A stretch of DNA of 64,000 nucleotides from Bacteroidota bacterium (GCA_003385605.1 QQUU01000038.1:18182-82181); one strand, 5' to 3'; shown: positions 1 through 8,667, numbered from the stretch's first letter. The notes: a model not told the origin generated them from the sequence alone. Program-made: numbers and translations.

Positions 1-648
1 CTGGAGGGTAAGATGACTGATATCTTAGAAAAGGTAGGGCTTAGCAAACCCGTGTATGCTATGAGCAGCGCCCTGAAGCAAAATGACCTTATTGAGGTAG
101 GGCCGAACGTACACGATCCGCACATTTGGTTTGACCTAAATCTGTGGGCTCGTTGCGTGGAAGGGTTAGGTGGATTCCTAGCCCTTCAGTATCCGGACCA
201 TAGAGACGATATTATCGCCAATACTGAATCTTATGCTGCAGAACTGCGCGCAGCACATGCAGATTTTGCCGCTGCACTGATGGATGTTCCAGATTCCAAT
301 AGAGCCATTGTAACGGCGCACGACGCGTTCTCTTATTTCGGTCGCGCCTTCGCCATTGAGGTAAAGGGGTTGCAAGGGGTGAGCACCGCGGCAGAGTTTG
401 GAGTAAACGACATGCGCAGCACCGCTGAGTTTATTATCGATAGAGAATTGACCACAGTTTTTACTGAAACCTCGGTGAATTCGAAAAGCATTGAAGCGTT
501 GAAGGAAGCTGTGGAACAGAAAGGCGGCGAAGTCAAATTAGGCGAGCCACTCTTCTCGGATGCACTTGGAGAACAAGGCACTCCGGAAGCCACTTTAATA
601 GGTGCTTTTAAATACAATACGACACAAATTTTAAACTCTTTGAAATGA
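1..648 (+). CDS. Metal (Mn/Zn/Fe) ABC transporter substrate-binding protein, TroA/ZnuA/MntC family; 5' end cut by the window edge
   Basis: The frame is open from nt 1, with no stop before the ATG at 13. It has the DPHIWFD histidine motif and a TroA-like sequence, and a 4-nt ATGA overlap with the downstream ABC ATPase. Confidence 0.85.
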   Translation: MEGKMTDILEKVGLSKPVYAMSSALKQNDLIEVGPNVHDPHIWFDLNLWARCVEGLGGFLALQYPDHRDDIIANTESYAAELRAAHADFAAALMDVPDSNRAIVTAHDAFSYFGRAFAIEVKGLQGVSTAAEFGVNDMRSTAEFIIDRELTTVFTETSVNSKSIEALKEAVEQKGGEVKLGEPLFSDALGEQGTPEATLIGAFKYNTTQILNSLK

Positions 649-1448
649 TAGAAAAGAGCATTGAAGTACACAACTTAACCGTCAGCTACCACAGCAAACC
701 TGTGTTGTGGGATGTTGACTTTTCACTGCCAACGGGCAAGATTGTGGGCATCGTAGGTCCCAATGGATCGGGTAAAACGACGATGTTGAAGACCATTATG
801 GGCCTGATGAAACCGGACAGTGGATACACGGAGATTTTTGGTCAACCTTTGGATAAGGTTCGTGAGCGCGTGAGCTATGTGCCGCAGCGTGAAAGCGTGG
901 ATTGGGACTTCCCTGCCGATGTCATGGATGTGGTTTTGATGGGCCGCTACCGCAAGAACAATTTGTTCCGTCGCATTTCAAAAGAAGATAAGCGCATAGC
1001 CACAGAAGCTTTGGAAAAAGTGAATTTGCTGGAGTTTGCGCACCGTCAAATTTCTCAGCTTTCGGGTGGTCAGCAGCAGCGTGTTTTTATTGCGCGTTCT
1101 CTGGCACAGCAAGCGGATATCTATCTGATGGACGAGCCTTTTGTGGGGGTAGATGCAGCAACGGAAGATGCTATTTTACAGTTGTTGCGCGAGATGAAGA
1201 ACCAAGGCAAGACTGTAGTTATTGTGCACCACGACCTTCAGACTGCAAATGAATATTTCGATCATATTGTTCTGTTGAATACTCGATTGGTCGCTGCCGG
1301 TCCTAAGGAGGAAGTGTTCACCAAGGAATTGCTTCAAGAGGCCTACGGTGGTCGATTGACCGTGCTCTCCAAGCTGGGCGATTTGATCAGTACCGAAGAA
1401 TTCCCACTTCGCGAACCAGAATTCAAGGAAAACAAACCGGAGAAGTAA
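645..1448 (+). CDS. Metal ABC transporter ATP-binding protein (TroB/ZnuC/MntB-like)
   Basis: Walker A GPNGSGKTT, ABC signature LSGGQQQRV and Walker B IYLMDEP. It sits between the SBP and permease genes. Confidence 0.9.
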   Translation: MIEKSIEVHNLTVSYHSKPVLWDVDFSLPTGKIVGIVGPNGSGKTTMLKTIMGLMKPDSGYTEIFGQPLDKVRERVSYVPQRESVDWDFPADVMDVVLMGRYRKNNLFRRISKEDKRIATEALEKVNLLEFAHRQISQLSGGQQQRVFIARSLAQQADIYLMDEPFVGVDAATEDAILQLLREMKNQGKTVVIVHHDLQTANEYFDHIVLLNTRLVAAGPKEEVFTKELLQEAYGGRLTVLSKLGDLISTEEFPLREPEFKENKPEK

Positions 1449-1451
1449 GCC

Positions 1452-2714
1452 ATGGATCCTATTTTCCTCAAGGTACTTATTGGAACCACATTGCTCGCTT
1501 CTTCGGCGGCGGTGGTTGGCGCCTTCAGTTATTTGAAGGGGCAGAGCCTTGTTGGAGATGCCATTGCACACGCCCTTTTACCGGGAGTGGTTTTAGCCTT
1601 CTTGTTGGGCGATGGGCGCAACCCCATCTTCCTCATAGTTGGTGCTTTGGTTAGCGGACTTATCGCGCATTACGGCATCGGTTATATACAGAGCAGAACT
1701 AAGCTTAAAAGCGATACTGCCGTTAGTTTGGTGCTTTCCACTTTCTTCGGATTTGGCATCATGTTGATGTCTTTGATCCAACGATCGGGTCAAGGCCAGC
1801 AGGCAGGTTTAGAGCGCTATCTTTTGGGTAAGGCTGCAGCGATTACCATGGATGATGTTTATATTTTTTCTGCGCTCGCTGTGCTTCTGATGGTCGGTGT
1901 AGGATTGTTTTACAAGGGGTTTCAATTGATGACCTTTAACGAGGATTTTGCTTCTGCCATTGGCCTTCCGGTTACGTTTATCCGATTCACGTTTACCGTT
2001 CTAACGGTTCTTGCCATCACCATAGGCATCCAAACGGTAGGTGTCGTGCTCATGGCAGCCCTTTTGATCACCCCCTCGGCAGCCGCTAGAGCTTGGACGA
2101 AAAGTCTACCTACCATGTTGCTACTGGCCGCTGTTTTTGCGGCGAGTTCGGCGATTACTGGCACCTATATTTCGAGTGCTATTCCAAAGATGCCCACGGG
2201 CCCCTGGGTGGTTTTAGTCCTTGCTTTTTTCGGTTTTGGCTCATTGATTTTTGCTCCGGAAAAGGGATGGCTAGCCAAGCGTAGGAGAGCTATGGCGAAT
2301 CAAAAGAAGACCGTTCGAGAAAACGTATTAAAGCTGATGTATCAGCAAGAAGAGCGCAGCGATCTTAATGTGGTATTATCGGATACAGACATTTTGGACA
2401 TACGAGCCATGCGCCCAGAAAAATTGCGCAATGCTCTCAGAGATTTGAAGCGACGATTACTCGTTGTGGAGCATGGCAGCGGTTATGCATTAACAGAGCT
2501 GGGCCGCAGTGAAGGCCGCAGGGTAGTGCGTTTGCACCGCCTTTGGGAGCTGTATTTGACAGAGCGCTTGGGCATGGCCGCCGACCACATTCACCCGGGT
2601 GCGGAGACCATGGAGCATGTTATTACTCCAGAGATTGAAGAATTATTAGTTAAAGAATTGGGGAATCCAGAATTGGACCCCCACCAAAGTCCTATTCCTT
2701 ATGAAGAAGCTTAG
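1452..2714 (+). CDS. ABC-3 family metal transporter permease fused to a C-terminal DtxR/MntR-type metalloregulator domain
   Basis: The N-terminal ~285 aa is a multi-TM segment paralogous to ORF 3552..4421. The C-terminal 134 aa (nt 2310-2711) has a DtxR-like wHTH plus metal-binding helix (LHRLWE...HIHPGAETMEH...DPHQSPIP). The two parts are joined in one uninterrupted frame. Confidence 0.85.
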   Translation: MDPIFLKVLIGTTLLASSAAVVGAFSYLKGQSLVGDAIAHALLPGVVLAFLLGDGRNPIFLIVGALVSGLIAHYGIGYIQSRTKLKSDTAVSLVLSTFFGFGIMLMSLIQRSGQGQQAGLERYLLGKAAAITMDDVYIFSALAVLLMVGVGLFYKGFQLMTFNEDFASAIGLPVTFIRFTFTVLTVLAITIGIQTVGVVLMAALLITPSAAARAWTKSLPTMLLLAAVFAASSAITGTYISSAIPKMPTGPWVVLVLAFFGFGSLIFAPEKGWLAKRRRAMANQKKTVRENVLKLMYQQEERSDLNVVLSDTDILDIRAMRPEKLRNALRDLKRRLLVVEHGSGYALTELGRSEGRRVVRLHRLWELYLTERLGMAADHIHPGAETMEHVITPEIEELLVKELGNPELDPHQSPIPYEEA

Positions 2715-3552
2715 CCTTTTGGCAGCAGTGCTGCTCAGCAACCTTGCATGGTCACAGATTGACTCAACCATGGACCCGATCGCCACGGACCGTCCAGACA
2801 TTACAGAGAGTGCCTTTATCACTCCCGTGGGCTGGTTCCAATATGAAGGCGGGTACCAATTCTCAAATAGCGTAGATAACCTGAGCACGAAAACCAATCG
2901 CCATCAGATTGAGGAGGTGCTTCGCTTTGGATTGACCGAGCGTTTTGAGGTAAGAGCAGTGATTAACGCAAATACGGAGGCGTACACGAGTCCTACCATT
3001 TTCATCAATCCCGCAGGCGTTCGAGGCATCGATCCAGTTACGGTAGGATTCAAATACAACCTCGCAAAGGAGAACGATAGAATGCCGCAGACGACTTGGC
3101 TTAGCCACCTGAGCTTTCCTCAAGTGGCCTTTGGTGATTACCGCGCAGTGACACAGGTGAATACCGTATTCCACGAGCAACGATTGATGATGGAAAAAGG
3201 CATCACGGACAGATTTGGCCTGGCTACAAACATTGGTGTAGCCGGTACTATGAGCGGTTCCAATGGCTTCATTAATGAAGGGATGTTTTCTTTTGCAGCG
3301 GGCTACGATCTGGGCAACAATTGGGGCATGTACGCCGAATATTTCATGGATTGGCAACTCATTAGTGGCCAATTCTTCTACACCCCCTACGTCGACGGAG
3401 GGATTACTAAACTCCTTTCCAACGACCTTCAGCTGGATATTTACGCGGGTTATGACCTCTCCAACACCTTTGGCACTCGCCTTCCAAGTACAGGCTGGTT
3501 CATCGGAACGGGTGTGAGTTATCGTCTTCCATTAGCTCATTATTTGCGTTAG
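2701..3552 (+). CDS. Putative outer-membrane beta-barrel protein (MetA-pathway/'transporter' OMP-like)
   Basis: Signal peptide MKKLSLLAAVLLSNLAWSQ, an N-terminal DRPDITES motif, and alternating aromatic/Gly-rich strands. It overlaps the upstream gene by 14 nt and the downstream gene by 1 nt. Confidence 0.55.
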   Translation: MKKLSLLAAVLLSNLAWSQIDSTMDPIATDRPDITESAFITPVGWFQYEGGYQFSNSVDNLSTKTNRHQIEEVLRFGLTERFEVRAVINANTEAYTSPTIFINPAGVRGIDPVTVGFKYNLAKENDRMPQTTWLSHLSFPQVAFGDYRAVTQVNTVFHEQRLMMEKGITDRFGLATNIGVAGTMSGSNGFINEGMFSFAAGYDLGNNWGMYAEYFMDWQLISGQFFYTPYVDGGITKLLSNDLQLDIYAGYDLSNTFGTRLPSTGWFIGTGVSYRLPLAHYLR

Positions 3553-4421
3553 TGAATCCCTCTCTATCCATAGCATTGGTAGCGGCTTTTATCGCCATAG
3601 CTTGCTCACTCCTCGGAGCCTTCTTGGTACTGCGGAAGATGACCATGGTGGGCGATGCCATTTCGCATGCGGTCTTGCCGGGCATTGCTATTGCATATTG
3701 GCTTTCTCAAAGCAGGGCTAGTCTATGGATGTTTTTAGGCGCAGCTATTGTTGGGGTTGGTGCCACCATAGTGATTGAGGTTTTGCGCAAAAAACTGCGG
3801 GTTCAAAGTGATGCGAGTATTGGTATGACCTTTACCTCGCTTTTTGCACTTGGCGTGGTGCTCATTACCTATTGGAGCGACAGCGTTGATCTCGACCAAG
3901 AGTGTGTGCTCTACGGCGAGATTGCATATGTGCCATTTAACCTCTGGTTGGTAGATGGGGTTTCTTACGGCCCAATTGCCCTATGGTCATCCGGTGCCCT
4001 CTTGCTTGTTGTTTTACTTTATATCATAGTAGGCTATAAAGGACTGAAGATGACGAGCTTCAACGAGGATTATGCAGCTGTTTTGGGCATTGCTGCAGGC
4101 CTGTGGAATTTGAGTTTGATGTCCATGGTGAGCCTTGCCACTGTAGTAAGTTTTGAAAGTGTAGGCGCCATCTTAGTCGTTGCGCTTTTAGTGGCTCCTG
4201 CAGCTACAGCTTACCTGTTCATTCAACGTTTGAAGCCGTTGCTCATTGCCAGCGCTTCTCTAGGTTTAGTAGGCGCTCTGGGCGGCTACGGACTGAGCAA
4301 GGTGTTAGAGACCAGCATTGCAGGCTCTATCGCAACAGTATTGGGTGCGCTATTTTTGATAGCTTTAATCATTCATTCATTGTCAGCACGAAAAACAAAC
4401 GGGTATGCAGTGGAAGCTTAA
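3552..4421 (+). CDS. ABC-3 family metal transporter permease (TroD/ZnuB-like)
   Basis: 289 aa, multi-TM, with a GDAISHAVLPGIA motif paralleling GDAIAHALLPGVV in ORF 1452. The GTG start overlaps the upstream stop (TAGTG). Confidence 0.85.
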   Translation: MNPSLSIALVAAFIAIACSLLGAFLVLRKMTMVGDAISHAVLPGIAIAYWLSQSRASLWMFLGAAIVGVGATIVIEVLRKKLRVQSDASIGMTFTSLFALGVVLITYWSDSVDLDQECVLYGEIAYVPFNLWLVDGVSYGPIALWSSGALLLVVLLYIIVGYKGLKMTSFNEDYAAVLGIAAGLWNLSLMSMVSLATVVSFESVGAILVVALLVAPAATAYLFIQRLKPLLIASASLGLVGALGGYGLSKVLETSIAGSIATVLGALFLIALIIHSLSARKTNGYAVEA

Positions 4422-4848
4422 GTCTTTTGAGGAGTTGACCCCACAAGAATTGTATGGGATTCTTAGGTTGCGTAGCGAGGTCTTCGTGGTAGAGCAAGAC
4501 TGTGTGTATTTAGATGCTGATGGGTACGATGATAAGTGCTTGCACCTTTGGGCCCAAGACGGAGAGGAGTACGTGGCCTGTACTAGAATTTTACCCGCTG
4601 GAGTCTATTACGAGGAAGCATCCATAGGAAGGGTTATCGTCGCTAAAAGTCATCGAGGCGGCGTGCTAGGTAAAGAACTGATGCGCCGTTCGGAGGAAGC
4701 ACTGTATGCCACAGGCGAGCGCGGTCCTATTAAAATCATGGCGCAGTCGTATTTATTACAGTGGTATTCATCCCAAGGCTATGAAGCTCAGGGTGAAGAT
4801 TTTCTAGAAGACGGTATTCCACATCGTATTATGGTGAAAAAAGGGTAG
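4405..4848 (+). CDS. GNAT family N-acetyltransferase (ElaA-like)
   Basis: 147 aa with an N-terminus typical of ElaA (ELTPQELYGILRLRSEVFVVEQDCVYLDADGYD). It overlaps the permease gene by 17 nt. Confidence 0.75.
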   Translation: MQWKLKSFEELTPQELYGILRLRSEVFVVEQDCVYLDADGYDDKCLHLWAQDGEEYVACTRILPAGVYYEEASIGRVIVAKSHRGGVLGKELMRRSEEALYATGERGPIKIMAQSYLLQWYSSQGYEAQGEDFLEDGIPHRIMVKKG

Positions 4849-5066
4849 GTACCGGAAGGCTATTTTAAATTAGCAAGAATAGCTATATCATTTTATCGCT
4901 TTAAAACTCAGGACGGTAGGCTGCCTAGTTATTAGGGCCTTACTTTTACATCAGTAATCTAGCTTACAGAACCTATTACGATCTCAATTACTTGTTTTTC
5001 AGTGATTCATAAAGAGACAACCGCCAATGACATTCTGTATTTCAAGATTATATAAAATATGTGTTA

Positions 5067-5088
5067 TCATATTTTGATGTGTTAGTTG
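5067..5088 (+). repeat. 22-nt exact repeat, copy 1 (TCATATTTTGATGTGTTAGTTG)
   Basis: Identical 22-mer at 6477-6498. Looser similarity extends upstream (TAAAAT.TGTG). Confidence 0.9.
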
Positions 5089-5092
5089 AAGC

Positions 5093-5125
5093 AACCCTGG
5101 ATCTTTGATCCGGGGTTTGTTTTTT
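5093..5125 (+). terminator. Intrinsic terminator-like hairpin plus T-tract directly after repeat copy 1
   Basis: Stem AACCCTGGATC/GATCCGGGGTT (one G-U pair), TTT loop, followed by TTTGTTTTTT. Confidence 0.7.
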
Positions 5126-5210
5126 AGATAAAAGGGTATAGGTGACATTTATCACATAGTCATCGAAAAAGGCGCTTTAGTTTTGAGTGGAAACAAATAA
5201 ACTAAACGCC

Positions 5211-6470
5211 ATGTCTAAACATTACAACGTAGTCGTAATAGGTGCCGGAACAGGTGGCATCATGACTGCAGCTCAGATTAAAAATCAGAAACGCGATGCG
5301 TCTATCGCGATTATCGATCCGGCGGAAACGCATTACTACCAACCAGCTTGGACCTTAGTAGGTGCCGGTGCATACGATTATAACAAAACAGGACGCCCGA
5401 TGTCCTCAGTAATTCCTAAAGGATGCGACTGGGTGAAGGACGCTGTAACAACTATTGATGCAGATAACAGTAAAGTAAACACTGCTAATTCAGGCGAATT
5501 GAGCTACGATGTTTTAGTAGCAGCGCCTGGTATACAGATTGATGTTGACGGCATCCCTGGACTAAAAGAAGGTCTAGAGGCAGGTGTGGTATGTTCGAAC
5601 TATACCGATCCGAAGAAGACGTGGGAATTGGTCCAGAAATTTAAAGGAGGAAATGCGGTATTTACGCAGCCAACGACACCGATTAAGTGTGGTGGCGCTC
5701 CTCAGAAGATCATGTATTTGGCCGATGACCATTGGGCGAAGACAGGGGTGAAAAGTGATACCAATGTCATTTTTGCCACACCTGGATCCGTAATCTTTGG
5801 AGTGCCAGATTTTGCGAAGACACTGACCAAAGTGCTTCAACGTAAGAACATTCATTTTAAACCATTTTATGCCATTTCAAAGATTGATGTGGCCAATAAA
5901 GAAGTACACTTCACCAACGCGAAGCCGGGTGAGAACGATTGTGTAGTAAACGAAGGGAATGGCCTAAGCGAAAGAACGGAAGGTGATTCTGCCTACGTGA
6001 TTCCCTTCGACCTACTCCACCTCGCACCGCCGCAAAGTGCACCGGACTTTATCAAAAACAGTCCACTTTCAAACGGCACACCTGGTGGTTGGATTGATGT
6101 AGATATCAATACGCTTCAGCACAATAAATACCCGAATGTCTTTGCCGTAGGTGATGCAGCGGCGCTCCCAACCGCTAAAACAGGTGCAGCGATTAGAAAG
6201 CAAGCACCAGTAGTGGCGGGTAATGTAGTTGCTATGCTGAACAGCAACAAAATCACTGACGCCCAATACGAAGGATACAGCTCTTGTCCACTTGTTACCG
6301 GATACGGTAAAATGGTGTTGGCTGAGTTTAAATACAATAACGTTAGAGATTCCGATCCGTTCCTCAGCAAATTTGTGGATACGACCAAGGAAAACTATAG
6401 CATGTGGATCTTGAAAAAGTTCGGTTTGCCGTACATGTACTGGAACCGCATGATGAAAGGTAAAATGTGA
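5211..6470 (+). CDS. sqr: Sulfide:quinone oxidoreductase, type II (SQOR-like FAD-dependent pyridine nucleotide-disulfide oxidoreductase)
   Basis: VVVIGAGTGG Rossmann motif 5 aa after the ATG at 5211. HYYQPAWTLVGAG and KCGGAPQKIMYL motifs match type II/mitochondrial-type SQR. The track ORF starts at a GTG at 5187, but the ATG at 5211 is preferred. Confidence 0.85.
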   Translation: MSKHYNVVVIGAGTGGIMTAAQIKNQKRDASIAIIDPAETHYYQPAWTLVGAGAYDYNKTGRPMSSVIPKGCDWVKDAVTTIDADNSKVNTANSGELSYDVLVAAPGIQIDVDGIPGLKEGLEAGVVCSNYTDPKKTWELVQKFKGGNAVFTQPTTPIKCGGAPQKIMYLADDHWAKTGVKSDTNVIFATPGSVIFGVPDFAKTLTKVLQRKNIHFKPFYAISKIDVANKEVHFTNAKPGENDCVVNEGNGLSERTEGDSAYVIPFDLLHLAPPQSAPDFIKNSPLSNGTPGGWIDVDINTLQHNKYPNVFAVGDAAALPTAKTGAAIRKQAPVVAGNVVAMLNSNKITDAQYEGYSSCPLVTGYGKMVLAEFKYNNVRDSDPFLSKFVDTTKENYSMWILKKFGLPYMYWNRMMKGKM

Positions 6471-6476
6471 TGTCTG

Positions 6477-6498
6477 TCATATTTTGATGTGTTAGTTG
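6477..6498 (+). repeat. 22-nt exact repeat, copy 2 (TCATATTTTGATGTGTTAGTTG)
   Basis: Identical to 5067-5088. It begins 7 nt after the sqr stop codon. Confidence 0.9.
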
Positions 6499-6502
6499 GA
6501 AT

Positions 6503-6531
6503 GCCCCGAGCCTTGTGTTCGGGGCTTTTTT
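6503..6531 (+). terminator. Intrinsic terminator after sqr and repeat copy 2
   Basis: Stem GCCCCGA/TCGGGGC with a 9-nt loop, followed by TTTTTT. Confidence 0.75.
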
Positions 6532-6551
6532 ATTCCTTAAATTCGTTAGCA

Positions 6552-7051
6552 TGAATACACCCAATGCAGATGGTGCAATCTCTCTGAAAGAGAGCATGCT
6601 CGAAGTTGAAGGTTGGACCTCCGAAATCTACCAGCGCAACTTCAACGACTTCCTAGACAGCCAGCCTTATCTAGTGGGCACTCTTATGGATGCCGACGAA
6701 GGCATGGAAGAAGGCGCACATTCTTGGATGCTCAAGGCCGTTTTGGTTTTGAAGTGGTCCTTCCAAAAGATGGGATGGCGCGCTACCATGCTTAGCGAAG
6801 AGAAATGGATCGGCATCATCGAATCTCGTATGGAGGTGTATGAGGAGCACCAAGAGGATAATGGGTTGGACATTCAATCCCTAATCAAGATCAGCAGCTC
6901 GCCCAATACCTTGAGTGAACTCTACCTCTATGTAGCTGAAAACAATGCCATGAGCAATGAAGCTGCGGGCAACATCCTTTTCCTTCTAGACTGTGCCATT
7001 GAAGCGATGGAAATGGCAGTATTGCAGGATAAAACAGAGAGTGACGCGTAA
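6552..7051 (+). CDS. Hypothetical acidic protein, first gene of the paa-like operon
   Basis: The ATG at 6552 lies after the terminator (the track start at 6515 would sit inside the hairpin). TAATG stop/start overlap with paaI. No family recognised. Confidence 0.55.
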
Positions 7052-7464
7052 TGGATAAAGCCGCACATATCGTCAGTCACATGATGGAGAACGACGCCTT
7101 TAGCCAGTGGTTAGGCATCGAAGTCGTGGCCAATTCCGCCGGCGCTGCCGTCTTAAAAATGGTCGTTCGAGAAGAAATGACCAACGGGTTCGGTATAGCT
7201 CATGGTGGCATCACCTATTCTCTTGCAGATTCGGCCCTGGCCTTTGCCTCAAACGGTGGCGGACGCCAAAGTCTATCCATCGAGACCAGCATCCATCACA
7301 TTGCGAAAGTGGAAACTGGTGAGACCATTACTGCTACAGCCTCGCTGATTAGCGAGACCAATAAAACAGGTATTTACCAAATTGATATCACAGACTCTTC
7401 AGGGCAGCGCGTAGCGTGGTTCAAGGGAACGGTATACCGCACCTCGAAAGAATGGAACCTATGA
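7051..7464 (+). CDS. paaI: Hotdog-fold acyl-CoA thioesterase, PaaI family
   Basis: 137 aa with a GIAHGGITYSLADSALAFA motif, in paa gene context. Confidence 0.75.
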   Translation: MDKAAHIVSHMMENDAFSQWLGIEVVANSAGAAVLKMVVREEMTNGFGIAHGGITYSLADSALAFASNGGGRQSLSIETSIHHIAKVETGETITATASLISETNKTGIYQIDITDSSGQRVAWFKGTVYRTSKEWNL

Positions 7465-8666
7465 AACAGACCTATATCGTAGACGGCGTTCGTACGCCTA
7501 TTGGAAAATTTAAAGGCACCTTAGCTGCCGTGCGCACCGATGATTTGGCGGCCATGACCATCGCCAAACTCATGGAGAAGAATCCCGATGTGGATCCTAG
7601 CGCTATTGACGACGTCATCTTAGGGTGTGCCAACCAAGCCGGAGAAGATAACCGAAACGTAGCCCGTATGGCAGCATTATTAGCTGGACTTCCTTGGAGC
7701 GTTCCGGGCGAAACCGTCAACCGTTTGTGTGCCTCAGGAATGAGCGCAGCTATCCATGCCCACCGCGCTATCATGGCCGGAGACGGTGACCTATTCATCG
7801 CTGGAGGTGTGGAAAACATGAGCCGTGGCCCTTATGTCATGAGCAAGCCTCAGACGGCCTATGGTACGGACAGTAAGATGTACGACAGCTCTTTTGGATG
7901 GCGCTTTGTGAATCCTAAAATGAAGGAGCTCTACGGCACCCACGCCATGGGCGAGACTGCAGAGAACCTCGTGGAGCAGTTCGGAATTAGCCGTGAGGAT
8001 CAAGACGCCTTTGCCCTTTGGTCGCAGCAAAAAGCTGCTAGAGCCCAAGAGCGCGGTAGATTTGATCTTGAGAAATTCGCCGTGGAGATTCCACAGCGCA
8101 AGAAAGATCCGATCGTCTTTACGAATGACGAATTTATGAAGCCGAATACCACCCTTGAAGCCCTTGGTGGTCTAAGAGCAGCGTTCAAAAAGGACGGTTC
8201 AGTGACGGCGGGCAATAGTTCCGGCTTGAACGACGGTGCTGTAGCATTATTGATGGCCAGTGGTGAAGCTGTGGAGCAGCATGGATTAAAGCCTTTGGCG
8301 CGCGTGGTGAGCTCAGCGGTCGCTGGTGTGGAGCCGCGGATTATGGGAATTGGTCCGGTGGAGGCGTCGAAGAAGGCTTTAGCAAAAGCGGGTCTGACGT
8401 TGGACGATATGGATATCATTGAGCTGAATGAGGCTTTTGCTGCGCAGGTTTTGGCTTGCACGCGAGAGCTTGGTTTGGCGGATAACGACGAGCGTATCAA
8501 CCCGAACGGCGGTGCCATTGCATTGGGCCACCCGCTTGGGGTGACGGGCGGTCGCATCCTTCATTCTGCAGCCCTAGAGTTGCAGGAGACCGGTAAGAAA
8601 TATGCCTTGGTGAGCATGTGTATTGGCGTTGGCCAGGGCTATGCTACCATTTTAGAACGCGCTTAA
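7461..8666 (+). CDS. paaJ: 3-oxoadipyl-CoA/3-oxo-5,6-dehydrosuberyl-CoA thiolase (thiolase I family)
   Basis: MKQTYIVDGVRTPIGKF N-terminus, active-site NRLCASGM, NEAFA, GHPLGVTGG and CIGVGQG. ATGA overlap with paaI. The track start at 7416 is rejected as an upstream extension. Confidence 0.85.
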   Translation: MKQTYIVDGVRTPIGKFKGTLAAVRTDDLAAMTIAKLMEKNPDVDPSAIDDVILGCANQAGEDNRNVARMAALLAGLPWSVPGETVNRLCASGMSAAIHAHRAIMAGDGDLFIAGGVENMSRGPYVMSKPQTAYGTDSKMYDSSFGWRFVNPKMKELYGTHAMGETAENLVEQFGISREDQDAFALWSQQKAARAQERGRFDLEKFAVEIPQRKKDPIVFTNDEFMKPNTTLEALGGLRAAFKKDGSVTAGNSSGLNDGAVALLMASGEAVEQHGLKPLARVVSSAVAGVEPRIMGIGPVEASKKALAKAGLTLDDMDIIELNEAFAAQVLACTRELGLADNDERINPNGGAIALGHPLGVTGGRILHSAALELQETGKKYALVSMCIGVGQGYATILERA

Positions 8667-8667
8667 G

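Noticed and set aside
5026-5085. Micro-ORFs overlapping the 22-nt repeat (MCYHILMC at 5059-5085, MTFCISRLYKICVIIF at 5026-5076, MSVIF at 6470-6487)
   Set aside because: No reading frame gives a start codon and a comparable peptide in both copies. Conservation is at the nucleotide level, so a coding explanation is not supported.
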